IMG/VR virus record: IMGVR_UViG_2901802297_000002
Location: 1 to 64,000 of that record
Source: a virus
Taxonomy: Duplodnaviria > Caudoviricetes
Direction: 5' to 3' (one strand)
DNA: 64,000 bases
Of this stretch, positions 35,288-44,702 are shown piece by piece (position 1 is the stretch's first letter; each line of letters starts with the position of its first letter). The notes under the pieces are model-generated. The model worked only from the letters and a program-made list of their open reading frames with translations. It had not been told where the DNA came from and made no database searches. The position numbers and the translations under genes were made by a program.

Positions 35288-36073
35288 TCATAGCGCCACC
35301 ATCGCGTTCTGCGCTTTCAGGTCGGCTAGATCAGAACCGCTGGGATACAGACCGTTCGCCAGTGTGAGCTGCGGCCAGATCAAGCCATGCGCTTCCATGA
35401 TGCGGGATTTCAGCCAGCCCCACGTTGCCTTCTGCACGGTGCCCCATGTCAGTAGGTCAACCGTATCGGCATCCGTCAGGCCCGTGTAACTCCAGCCCAA
35501 TAGGCAATGGCCGCCGGCACTTCCGGGCGTTGTATCCCCATAGGCACCATTATCAGGTGTGAGCACACATGCACCGTTGGTGGCTTCAATCTGGTTCATG
35601 TCAGACACAGAAAGCTGCACACCCAGATAGGCCGCGCCGAAACCGGCCATCAAAAGTGCCAGACTGTTCCTATCCTGCGGATCAATACTGCCCCAGAGCG
35701 GGAAATATGGTCCACTGCCTAGCGTGTAGCCTTCCCGGCCTGCCGTTGCCAGAACATCAACCTCAATCCCGCCCAGATCTGTGTCCGGATTGCCCGGCAC
35801 ATACCCTGTGCTCCTGGCATAAAACTGCACGGCATTGGCTTGCGTCACGGCAACCTGATAGCCACCCAATGCGGCCACAGCCCGAATGTAGTTACCAATG
35901 CCCGCAGAGGTACAATCCCCCAGCGTATCGTTCCCCAACATCAGCGGCTGCGGGTCAATGTGATCCCGCACCAACTTGGCCGGAGCCTTGCGCGCCATCA
36001 TGTGCAGCTTGTCCAGCCGTGGCTGGTTGGGGATCCGCCGCGCCGGCAGGCAGCCCAGCTTACGTGTGATCAT
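35288..36073 (-). CDS. Papain-like cysteine peptidase
   Basis: LGND.LGDCT.A (Cys), GGHC (His), TWG motif. Confidence 0.7.
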   Translation of the reverse strand: MITRKLGCLPARRIPNQPRLDKLHMMARKAPAKLVRDHIDPQPLMLGNDTLGDCTSAGIGNYIRAVAALGGYQVAVTQANAVQFYARSTGYVPGNPDTDLGGIEVDVLATAGREGYTLGSGPYFPLWGSIDPQDRNSLALLMAGFGAAYLGVQLSVSDMNQIEATNGACVLTPDNGAYGDTTPGSAGGHCLLGWSYTGLTDADTVDLLTWGTVQKATWGWLKSRIMEAHGLIWPQLTLANGLYPSGSDLADLKAQNAMVAL

Positions 36074-36462
36074 TTATGCACAATCCACTTCTCGCATGCC
36101 AGCACCAGAGGTCGGCATGCAGCATACGGGCCGCCCAGCGTGGCACTTGGCCCGGTATATTCAATCTGTGACACCCGGCCCTGTCGCAACCGTGCGACCA
36201 TGTGGCAGGTGCCATGACCGCCTACGTCCAGCTCAAAGCTGAATGGAGTCTTGAGAGTGAGCGGCCCCTGCACTTCCTGATCCTGCCGCCATTCCAGAAC
36301 CTCGCCATCTGGCAGTGATGTGCTGTTGTCAGGCACGCCAGCACAGGAAATCAGATCGGAACGCTGTATGCCGATCAGATCATGCTTGGCCTGCATGGGG
36401 GCAACAGAACATGCCCCCACCAGTAACAGCGGCAGGATAGCCAGCGTTTTCTTCCAGTGCAT
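36070..36462 (-). CDS. Lipoprotein
   Basis: Signal peptide with lipobox LVGAC. Confidence 0.75.
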   Translation of the reverse strand: MHWKKTLAILPLLLVGACSVAPMQAKHDLIGIQRSDLISCAGVPDNSTSLPDGEVLEWRQDQEVQGPLTLKTPFSFELDVGGHGTCHMVARLRQGRVSQIEYTGPSATLGGPYAACRPLVLACEKWIVHK

Positions 36463-37052
36463 TACCGGGCAGCAATGGGCCGCAGGCCATGACGTGCCAG
36501 CAGCGCATTCACCCGGTCATGGCGCCACTGCTCCGGCGTCTTGCCAATGGCATCCAGAGCAACGGAATCCGCCATCGTGCCGATCGCGCTATCCAGCACA
36601 GCAGCAACAGAGGCCACATCGGCAGAAACGGCCTGAACTTTGGCAATCAGATCTGTGCTCAGCGTTCCGGTCTCGGACTGCACCACATTGCCAACAGTTG
36701 TGGCCGCGTTCTGAATGGCCGTGATCACGCTGCTAAATTCAGCCGGCACGCTGTTCTTGTTGAAGGTGATGGAGGCCTTGCCCTGGCTAAAGGTATTCCA
36801 GGCAGAAAGTGCAGCCTGAATACCCGTGATCCCGGTATCAGCCACGGCAACAACAGCGGGCGGAACACCTGTGAAGGCCAGAACGGTTTTGACAATATTC
36901 AGGGCCGCAGTCCCGTCTGCCGTCACTTCCGCAACATTCAGCGTGTAGGTGGTCACGCCATTTGCAGTTGTGCTGGAGCAGGCAGCCAACCCGGCTGCCG
37001 TCAGGCCAAGCGCAGTCGTCCGCAGGAATCCGCGGCGAGAGAGTGATTTCAT
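36462..37052 (-). CDS. Tat-type lipoprotein
   Basis: SRRGFL twin-arginine motif plus lipobox LAAC. Confidence 0.75.
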   Translation of the reverse strand: MKSLSRRGFLRTTALGLTAAGLAACSSTTANGVTTYTLNVAEVTADGTAALNIVKTVLAFTGVPPAVVAVADTGITGIQAALSAWNTFSQGKASITFNKNSVPAEFSSVITAIQNAATTVGNVVQSETGTLSTDLIAKVQAVSADVASVAAVLDSAIGTMADSVALDAIGKTPEQWRHDRVNALLARHGLRPIAAR

Positions 37053-37105
37053 TTTGTGATGTCTTTCGTTTTTCAGATCATTTTCCCGGCGTCAGGAAAA
37101 TGGTC

Positions 37106-37471
37106 TCACTTGCTGTCCTGCGGAATCTGCACAACAGATCCGGGGCCTGCTTGTGGTGCTACAGTTTTGGAAGACATGCTGCCGCGCAACATGATCACTG
37201 CGTTAGCGGCATACTTCCAATTGAGAGCAAGGAAGTTGATAACCCGGTAAAGCAGCCAAAGCTTGCCGGACTGGTTGGCTGGAAGCGGGATCTGGGTTGC
37301 TGCCGCCCCCGCTGCCGCAAACACAACACAGGCATACAGAACCCATGTAGCTTCCGGCTGTGGAAGGGCTGTCACCATGGCAGGCAGAGACAGGCCAGCA
37401 GCAACGGCCTTGGCGGTCTGTGCCAGAACGGCAGAGCGTTTTGGCACTACGGGAACAGGTGCGTCAGTCAT
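37106..37471 (-). CDS. Holin-like membrane protein
   Basis: GGAGGT RBS; 2-3 hydrophobic segments; LYRVINFLALN motif. Confidence 0.65.
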   Translation of the reverse strand: MTDAPVPVVPKRSAVLAQTAKAVAAGLSLPAMVTALPQPEATWVLYACVVFAAAGAAATQIPLPANQSGKLWLLYRVINFLALNWKYAANAVIMLRGSMSSKTVAPQAGPGSVVQIPQDSK

Positions 37472-37637
37472 GTGCCACACCTCCCCGCAAACTGACAGGC
37501 AGCGTGTTGACTTCCACCACCTCAATCATGAGGTTCCCGTTTGGGCTGCGCTGCACATTTTTCCGTAGATCTTCGCGCATTTCTTCCGCCATCATGCGCG
37601 CAATCCTGCGCAGGTCGTTTTCGGTGTAAAACCCCAT
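37464..37637 (-). CDS. Small conserved lysis-module protein (57 aa, MGFYTENDLRRIA...VNTLPVSLRGGVAHD)
   Basis: Manual translation; AAGGA RBS; homologous to the ORF at 1-165. Confidence 0.7.
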   Translation of the reverse strand: MGFYTENDLRRIARMMAEEMREDLRKNVQRSPNGNLMIEVVEVNTLPVSLRGGVAHD

Positions 37638-37697
37638 GGGTTTCCTTTCTAAGTAACTGCCATGCCAACTGGCGCATAAGAGGCAGGAGAACCCGCC

Positions 37698-38186
37698 TCA
37701 TGCATTGATGGCCTGCTGGAATAGAGATGTGTTTGCGCTGGCATTGGCCTGCCCCAGCACCGTGTTGTAATGCTGCTTGTGGTAAGCGCTTAGGGCTGCA
37801 GCATCTATGGCTGAGGGCAATGGTTCGGGAGCGCGCAAGTATTGCACTCTGCACATACAAGCTGAATAAGCCCTGTTCTCCACAAGGCTTTCTGCTTCCG
37901 GCAGGCCAGTCAAACCGCTTGCTGCCAGTATGCGATTAGCAAGATCAGGCCGGTAACGCAGAAAGTTCAGCCAGATATCATCATGGGTTCTGGGCTCCAT
38001 CTGGAACCAGCCCAGTGCTGGCCCATTGATTTGCCGATCATGCATAAATCCACTTTCAACAAGCCCTGTGCCTGTCACCAAATTTACTGCTGAACCCCCA
38101 CCAAGATTGATGGCTTCCAATGCTGGAAGAATAGTCAGGTGCTTGATGACAGAGAGGTTCGCGCCCCATACATTTTTAGTGCTCAT
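37698..38186 (-). CDS. Endolysin, lysozyme-like/transglycosylase fold
   Basis: GT..VESG, GPALG.FQMEP.T..DIW, Y.K.HYNT..G. Confidence 0.75.
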   Translation of the reverse strand: MSTKNVWGANLSVIKHLTILPALEAINLGGGSAVNLVTGTGLVESGFMHDRQINGPALGWFQMEPRTHDDIWLNFLRYRPDLANRILAASGLTGLPEAESLVENRAYSACMCRVQYLRAPEPLPSAIDAAALSAYHKQHYNTVLGQANASANTSLFQQAINA

Positions 38187-38752
38187 GCCACCTCCATTTC
38201 ACGCGGGGGCAGAATGAACTGCGTTGTCTGGGGTTGTGGTAAGGGCTGTGTGGGGGGATGTTTCCGATGCAGGAACTGCACATTCCCAAACGCGTAATCA
38301 TCCCACGTCTGACTGGAAAGAAGCATTCCGCCAACAGCAGTAATAACACCCACCAGAAAGCCAGCTATGGCAATCCAGTATTTGATCTTTGCCGCCGCTG
38401 CATTGGCGTCCGCCTCGGATTCCTGTGCACGCGCCGCATCTGTCTGAGCCTGCAGAAGTTTTTGCTGCTCAATGCGGTTGCGTTCCTGCTGCGCTCCATT
38501 CTGTGCTGCAAGTTGCTGGGAAAGTGTAGCGATTGCTGCGCGGTTCTGGGCTGATTCCTGCGCCCTGTTTCGTTCCCGCTCCTGCCCCTGCGCTTCAATG
38601 GAAATCAGCCGGTCCATCATCGATCTCTGGCCAGACTTGAGGGTATCTACATCGTCCTCAAGTCCATCCAGACGCCGACCATGACCTGCAACAATTTGAC
38701 GCAGGTCATTATCAGCCACGCAGGGGGTGCCCGCGCTCTGTTCATCTGTCAT
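38183..38752 (-). CDS. Coiled-coil plus TM protein (holin/XhlA-like position)
   Basis: H.RRL..LE coiled coil, single TM, coupled to endolysin. Confidence 0.6.
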   Translation of the reverse strand: MTDEQSAGTPCVADNDLRQIVAGHGRRLDGLEDDVDTLKSGQRSMMDRLISIEAQGQERERNRAQESAQNRAAIATLSQQLAAQNGAQQERNRIEQQKLLQAQTDAARAQESEADANAAAAKIKYWIAIAGFLVGVITAVGGMLLSSQTWDDYAFGNVQFLHRKHPPTQPLPQPQTTQFILPPREMEVA

Positions 38753-38776
38753 TAAGTTTCTCGAATGTTTTCGATT

Positions 38777-39610
38777 TTACCCGACAATCAGGCCGTTCTG
38801 CTTCAGAACACGGCGAATTTTCGTTGCCATGTCCTGAATTTCACTCTGCGTCATCGCGCGCTGAAATCCCGCCCAGAACGACAGTTTTGCCCCAAGGCAC
38901 GGGGCATTGCCATTTTGAGCATCATACGAACTGCCAATCAGCAAATTGGTATCCGCCACGTTATACCCGGTCCCCATAGCACCGGCAGACAGCGCGTTAC
39001 CGGGCGCATTTGTCAGATCGTAAAACGTCAGGGTTTTTGTTGAGGTCGTTTGTGTCAGCGCGACTAAAATGGGGGTTTCGGCAATAGGTAGTGCTGCTGT
39101 GGGAGTGAAAATCTGGTGTAGCGTGCTATATCCAGAATATACCCCCTGCGAATACCCCTCCCAGCGAAATGTATTCGAAGATTGCGCATTCGCCTGAACA
39201 CCAACCCCCTGCAATGTTGAGCCACCAACAATATTCCCAAACGGGATAATGCCGGACATACCTGCTGTCACCGGATTACCCTGCCCCGTTGGAGCCGATG
39301 CAGCATTAAAAAAATCTGGTGTGACAACGGCAAATACCGTGAAATCCTCACTGCCAGACAGGTTACTGACAATCTCAGATTTCGTATTGTTCACAACAAT
39401 ATTGTTCTGATTGACAGTAATGCTGCTTTCGCCTGTCACTGTCGGGGATTTTGCCCCAGATGCCTGATTAGTCAGGCTGCTCGTTATGCTGCCTGCGCCA
39501 GTGCGATCACCAAACACATACCAGTCTGTAATTGTGCTGTCCCCGGCGGGATCAAACCCAACAGACGTGGAAAATGATGCACCTGCAATGGTAAGAGAAA
39601 GACCTGTCAT
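38777..39610 (-). CDS. LamG/concanavalin-like virion protein
   Basis: DFTVFAVV, LLIGS, FQRAMT..EI motifs. Confidence 0.6.
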   Translation of the reverse strand: MTGLSLTIAGASFSTSVGFDPAGDSTITDWYVFGDRTGAGSITSSLTNQASGAKSPTVTGESSITVNQNNIVVNNTKSEIVSNLSGSEDFTVFAVVTPDFFNAASAPTGQGNPVTAGMSGIIPFGNIVGGSTLQGVGVQANAQSSNTFRWEGYSQGVYSGYSTLHQIFTPTAALPIAETPILVALTQTTSTKTLTFYDLTNAPGNALSAGAMGTGYNVADTNLLIGSSYDAQNGNAPCLGAKLSFWAGFQRAMTQSEIQDMATKIRRVLKQNGLIVG

Positions 39611-39613
39611 ATT

Positions 39614-42118
39614 TCAGGCTCCAAAATTTGGGATGGGATTACGGATGCACGTCCCGTGCTGAGGATTTGACGGCACTGTTAGGAGTTTTGGGGCAGACCA
39701 TGCGCCGGTCAGGACATCAGGCCATGCGCCAACAGCATCGCTATAGGAAATACCTGCGCCCTGTGCGTCGATATAAATACGGAACATAGTATTCCCGGCA
39801 GCATCTTCACCCAGAGGCATAACGCTAGGCCCTTCTACGCCACTGCCCCAGCCTGCCCAATCGCCCGTTGTCAGGACTGTATATGGGCCGGTTGGCTCAG
39901 ATGCCGTAGCAATCTGGATTTGGCGTGCGCTTTCGTCTTTGAAAAATAGAACCCAACGGTCTTTGTAATAGAATGGGAAGCTATCAATGACGTTTGAATA
40001 TCCGGTCAGCGAAATCAGAACCGGCGTGGACCAATTCAACAGCGTATCGTCAGTCGGGTGCATTTCGTAAATCTGGCTCGCAGCAGAGCCGATATCCAGA
40101 TGCACAACCAAACGCAAAACGCCATCAATGGGGTCATGAAACCATTCCGGAGCCCACGTCTGGTGGGATGCCACACCCCCGACTGTACAAACAACGTCAG
40201 TGACAAAATCCCAATGCCGCCCGTCTGTGGACGAATAGACGGAGAACCGATCCTGATACCCGTTGCCAAAAGAACCCGCCGTGCAGGCCAATAGAAAACG
40301 CCCGTTGTGGTAGGTAATTGTCGGATCACGCATTGTGTGTGCGCTATCAAAAATTAATTCTGTCGGGACATGCTGCCATTCAATGCCGTTATCAGATGAG
40401 AGCATGACAAGGCCCTCAACGCCGCCTGACTCTAAACCCGCCTCTGTTGTCTGAAACGCCCCATACAAAAAACGCCCGAATACCGGCTGCAAACTGTATT
40501 TGCTCTGCAACGCATCAACAACGGCATTGTATTCCCGCTGGCTCAATGCCCGTTGCCAAATCAACAGTTCGCACAGATCGCCCGTGAAATAGTCTGTCAG
40601 AGCGCCAGACGCATTATACGTTGCGCCAATAGTGCCAGATTTTCCACCGGGGGACAGAACCGTTGCTGCTGGGGACTTCACGCACGGGATGCTATGCGTT
40701 TTCCCTGATGCCACGGTGACTGTATCGTTGGAATATGTGGCGCCCAGAACCTGCCAGTGACCGAGAGCGCCAGAAACGCGCCCGGCAAACTCGCCGCCGG
40801 ACAAAGACGTGCCAATCTGATAGCCCTGCGCCCGTGCGAAGCCACCGCCAACGCCCATCGGGATAAACCCACGCAATGCGTACGCAGGAGTGCCAGCCGT
40901 AGGGCTATCGCATGCAATGATTGCGGGCCGTGTTGATCCTGCTGTGGTTGTGTTGCGGTAAACCGCAATCACTGTCCCAGGCGTAAACGGAAGCGAGTGG
41001 GAGAGTGCAGACACGCCGTCAAAATGAATTGCAGGCAATTCCCCAATCGCGTTTGCAATTTTAACAGGATTGCCCGCAACAAATGCAGCAGACCACGGTG
41101 ATGTGGTTTTACTTGTCCATTCCTGCACAGCGCCAGAAGCGGCGTAAGTTAACCCATAATCTGCATCTAGCCAGAGATCTGGCGCGGCTTCTGTAATAAC
41201 TGGATCGGTATCGGGAAGGCCGATATCCATATATGTGCCGTCCGAACCCACCAGCCGTAGCGGTGCAGTCTGGTCTTCCGCCACTTGCAGAATAGAGCCA
41301 TCTGGCAACGTCAAATTGATGGCCAGCATATTTCCGGAGAAATCAATCTCGAACGCGACGTTGCCGTTGCTATCGCAGATAGAGAACCCCGTGCCCCCCG
41401 CAGATAGTCTGTGATCGCCTACCCCCAGCGCATTGAGAGCTACAATTTCCTGCGCCACCGCAGCCCAGCCAGCGCGGGCAAAATAAACCCATTTGCCGTT
41501 TGTAAACCATGCACCGTCACCAACTGACCACGCGACGTTGCCATCCAGATTTGTCGTGCCCGCAACAGAAACAATATAGAGGTCGCCCTCAGTCCCGGTG
41601 CCGCTGGCCAACGCGGGAGAGTTTGTCGCGGCATCCCAGTAGCCACGGTATTCAAGGGGCGCAGATCCGGACAGAGCTGCCGTCAGCAGCACTTTGGCGG
41701 CGTTAGCATCTGCCGTTACGCCTGCAACCGCGTTTTGAGCGCTGGCGGCTGTATCGTTAATACTGGACGCAATAGTAGCAACCTGCACGCCTGTTTGCGC
41801 TGCCTGCGCCGCGCTTGTCGAAGCTGCCGCCGATGCTGTCTGAGACTGGTTAGCAGACGTTTCTGAGGATGCCGCATGCGTAGCGGCCTGTGTGACATAC
41901 TGACTCAAGGCCGAGCCAGAAAGTGCTGCGTTCAGGTCATCCGTTTTTACAACGTCTGATGGTAGTCCCGCATTAACAATATCTTCTGGTTTTGCGAGTT
42001 TTGCGTTGCCGCCAAATACACCAAGGATGGCATCGCTTGCGGCAACATCCTGCGCTTCAGGCAACGACGAAATCGGCGCACCACTCTGCGTGGTCGCCGT
42101 TGAGCTGGTTCCCGACAT
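39614..42118 (-). CDS. Tail appendage/spike with LamG and GH43-like beta-propeller
   Basis: LWLDA...FTGDLCELLIW.RALS (LamG); RDP, WAPE, ID, EGP (GH43-like). Confidence 0.75.
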   Translation of the reverse strand: MSGTSSTATTQSGAPISSLPEAQDVAASDAILGVFGGNAKLAKPEDIVNAGLPSDVVKTDDLNAALSGSALSQYVTQAATHAASSETSANQSQTASAAASTSAAQAAQTGVQVATIASSINDTAASAQNAVAGVTADANAAKVLLTAALSGSAPLEYRGYWDAATNSPALASGTGTEGDLYIVSVAGTTNLDGNVAWSVGDGAWFTNGKWVYFARAGWAAVAQEIVALNALGVGDHRLSAGGTGFSICDSNGNVAFEIDFSGNMLAINLTLPDGSILQVAEDQTAPLRLVGSDGTYMDIGLPDTDPVITEAAPDLWLDADYGLTYAASGAVQEWTSKTTSPWSAAFVAGNPVKIANAIGELPAIHFDGVSALSHSLPFTPGTVIAVYRNTTTAGSTRPAIIACDSPTAGTPAYALRGFIPMGVGGGFARAQGYQIGTSLSGGEFAGRVSGALGHWQVLGATYSNDTVTVASGKTHSIPCVKSPAATVLSPGGKSGTIGATYNASGALTDYFTGDLCELLIWQRALSQREYNAVVDALQSKYSLQPVFGRFLYGAFQTTEAGLESGGVEGLVMLSSDNGIEWQHVPTELIFDSAHTMRDPTITYHNGRFLLACTAGSFGNGYQDRFSVYSSTDGRHWDFVTDVVCTVGGVASHQTWAPEWFHDPIDGVLRLVVHLDIGSAASQIYEMHPTDDTLLNWSTPVLISLTGYSNVIDSFPFYYKDRWVLFFKDESARQIQIATASEPTGPYTVLTTGDWAGWGSGVEGPSVMPLGEDAAGNTMFRIYIDAQGAGISYSDAVGAWPDVLTGAWSAPKLLTVPSNPQHGTCIRNPIPNFGA

Positions 42119-42133
42119 GAGAACTCCGATTAT

Positions 42134-42661
42134 TTATGCAATGAGAAGAGGCTGGCCGTTATCAGCAAGCAAAATTACGCCATCAGGAAGCTGTATGGCA
42201 TTGGGCGGTATCGGTGTTCCGTTTGGTAATATTGGTGTTTTTTGCGGATCTGTAGCAGCGAGCGCGCTACTAACTGGCAGTAATATACTAATCGCAGCGC
42301 GCCGACCTTGCTGGGTCAGCAATTTAACATTGATGTTTTGTTGTGTTCCCGGCTGTCCACTGCCCAGCATAAGACATGCCATGCCATTTATTACGCTAGA
42401 CCACAGACATGATAGGTCATCAGCTTCACCTAAGCATGTAGTTATTTCAACACTTTCAATAAATGACAAATAATCATTTGTTCCAGCCAGCCAATCACTG
42501 GGATCTAGAGAATAATCAAGGTTATCTGCACTGGTCTTTTTAGGCCACACAAGCTGTGTGGGTGGAGAGATAACAGCCCCCCTAACCTGCCCCATATTAG
42601 GCAACAGAAGTGTACGCCCTGGAGCAGGAGACCATCCAATAGACGGAATAGATGGGATCAT
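42134..42661 (-). CDS. Fibre/appendage adaptor-like protein
   Basis: WP.K...D.LDYS.D...WL, L.SG..G, T.QGR motifs. Confidence 0.6.
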   Translation of the reverse strand: MIPSIPSIGWSPAPGRTLLLPNMGQVRGAVISPPTQLVWPKKTSADNLDYSLDPSDWLAGTNDYLSFIESVEITTCLGEADDLSCLWSSVINGMACLMLGSGQPGTQQNINVKLLTQQGRRAAISILLPVSSALAATDPQKTPILPNGTPIPPNAIQLPDGVILLADNGQPLLIA

Positions 42662-43086
42662 GCTGCTGGCGCCTGCGGTAACGCCGTTGCTACGGTGTCT
42701 GTACCATTTTCAATTGCCTCAAGCGCATTGAGATAAGTTATCCACGCTTCAGGAGTAGCAGCGTTTTTAATCGTATAAGCGTTAAGCACATATGACCGGG
42801 CACCTGCCAAAGCTGCAGTAGCTTCTGTTTTCAAATCAGTTGTGGCTGGAGGCGTATAATCAACAATGACACCATCCAGAACACCTTTACCCAGAGGCAG
42901 ACGGAATGATGACTGATCTGCCCAATTTTCTGATGACACAGGTATCATATCAGACGCTAGTGGAACATTCGCCAGATTGGACATTACCCACGTATCATAC
43001 CAACCAGTCACACGGGTGGGCTGCTGAGCTGTCTTATCGTAACTGGCATAGTAACGATCGGGATACAGTGTTTTCACGTCAGTCAT
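42658..43086 (-). CDS. Tail fibre assembly chaperone
   Basis: TGATG-coupled to fibre; C-terminal W..Y..AL..I......LP..P. Confidence 0.75.
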   Translation of the reverse strand: MTDVKTLYPDRYYASYDKTAQQPTRVTGWYDTWVMSNLANVPLASDMIPVSSENWADQSSFRLPLGKGVLDGVIVDYTPPATTDLKTEATAALAGARSYVLNAYTIKNAATPEAWITYLNALEAIENGTDTVATALPQAPAA

Positions 43087-44147
43087 CACGGTGTTCCTGA
43101 TACGAGAAAGTTCACGCTGGTTGCTCCATTTGTCTGAATTTGGAACCCCGTTGCTGTCCACCCGCCCAAAACTGATACAGAAGCGTTACTGCCATTTGTC
43201 AAACCGTGACTGATAACAACTGACGTTGGCGCAGAAGACAGAGCTTGAGGTAGTGTAATGTCGTGCACGCCGCTGCTATCAACGGCCACTACAAAATCCT
43301 GCAAAAGTTTACCGCCGCTGAGGCCTATAATGTAATTACCAGATGGTTGGTAATTACCTGCTGGCTGATAGTTGCCTTTTGGCTGTGCATAATCAGTTAA
43401 AGATTTGGACAAATATGCAAGCGTTGGTACAGCCAGCGAAACGTTACCGCCTGTAACCTGCACATATGAATTATTGGCAGCAGAATCCCAGTTGCAGCCT
43501 TGAATATTTGTAAGTGACGTATTTCCTGAACCAGAAGCCGCGGAGAAATAAGGTAAGACATCAGCTGCCTTTAGAAACTTATTTCCACTCGGATCATAGA
43601 TGTAACCATCGCCACGAAAATAGAAGTTCGTTTGCGTGCCGTCATATGCAGTAAACTGCAGAAGTCCGCCTGATCGGTAATCACCGCCTTTGCCGTTTAC
43701 GTCTGTGACAGATAGCGAAACCGCCATCTTGCCATAGCCGTAAGCCGTTATTCCATCAGACCATACATAATCCCCAGTCTGAATAGCCCCATCTGCTCCA
43801 GAGCCACCCGACATAACACGGGAGTTCCCTGCCACCATCCAACCGTTGGAGGTTACCCAGGCAGCCGTGTCGCCGCTTTTGAGGAAGTATGCACTCTCAG
43901 AGCCTGTAGCTATCTGACTGATAGCCTTGAACAGCTGCGTATTATCCGTTCTGTCTGGAGTTAATTTTGCTCCGACAATAACGTTATATATTTCTGCCAA
44001 CAGGGCATTGTACGCATATGCAGGAAAAACCGTGCGTGCAATTTGCTTAACCGGATCTCCATCCGTTGCCCAACCAGGTGTTCCTGTTTCTGGGGCAGTA
44101 TCAGCTTTGCTGGCATCAACTGTGCCAGGAGCGATTAAAAGATCCAT
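43086..44147 (-). CDS. Tail fibre protein
   Basis: GWATDGDP...N....EI.NVI.......D..QL..AI N-terminus; GNYQP repeats. Confidence 0.85.
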   Translation of the reverse strand: MDLLIAPGTVDASKADTAPETGTPGWATDGDPVKQIARTVFPAYAYNALLAEIYNVIVGAKLTPDRTDNTQLFKAISQIATGSESAYFLKSGDTAAWVTSNGWMVAGNSRVMSGGSGADGAIQTGDYVWSDGITAYGYGKMAVSLSVTDVNGKGGDYRSGGLLQFTAYDGTQTNFYFRGDGYIYDPSGNKFLKAADVLPYFSAASGSGNTSLTNIQGCNWDSAANNSYVQVTGGNVSLAVPTLAYLSKSLTDYAQPKGNYQPAGNYQPSGNYIIGLSGGKLLQDFVVAVDSSGVHDITLPQALSSAPTSVVISHGLTNGSNASVSVLGGWTATGFQIQTNGATSVNFLVSGTP

Positions 44148-44150
44148 CGT

Positions 44151-44699
44151 TTAACCTGTATATTCAAAATATATGGTTGTTCCTGCTTGGGATGCGCGCC
44201 GCATTTCATATTCGAACACCGTGTGATCATCCGTGCTGGGTGAATCTACAGTGATGACATAGACAAAATTCCACTCCTCCCCACCAAAGGGAGAGCCAAA
44301 TGTCATGCCAAAATAAGATGCTCTGCACGGCGTAACTGTTGCGCTATACCCAAGTGTTTTCGCCAGATCTTCCAATGCAGGTATGCTGATACTTTGATCA
44401 CCGCATAACCGCGCCACTACCTGCCCTTGCGCCTGTGCAAGCGTAGGTGCTGTGGTTTGAACTGCATCGGGAAGCCCCAGCGTTTTCTGCCACTCAGGAA
44501 GAAGCTCATCTGTTGTAGCTGGGAATGCATCAGTCAGCAGGTTGGAAGCTCTCTCTCCATTGCGTTGGAAAGTCTGAGCCCAAATCCCAGCTAGTTTGTA
44601 TAAAACGCCATCAACGGAACGAGACCAGATTGGACCACGCGGCAGGAGAGATAAAACGGCGCTACGGAAATTCTCAACAGAGAAGAGAGGAGCCGCCAT
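44151..44699 (-). CDS. Baseplate wedge protein (YmfQ/DUF2313, Mu gp48-like)
   Basis: LLPRGP.W, P.TT.ELLPEW...LGLPD. Confidence 0.85.
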   Translation of the reverse strand: MAAPLFSVENFRSAVLSLLPRGPIWSRSVDGVLYKLAGIWAQTFQRNGERASNLLTDAFPATTDELLPEWQKTLGLPDAVQTTAPTLAQAQGQVVARLCGDQSISIPALEDLAKTLGYSATVTPCRASYFGMTFGSPFGGEEWNFVYVITVDSPSTDDHTVFEYEMRRASQAGTTIYFEYTG

Positions 44700-44702
44700 A
44701 TA

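Noticed and set aside
38777-44147. Diversity-generating retroelement or invertible tail-fibre shufflon
   Set aside because: No reverse transcriptase, TR/VR pair, invertase or inverted fibre fragments were seen in the window.
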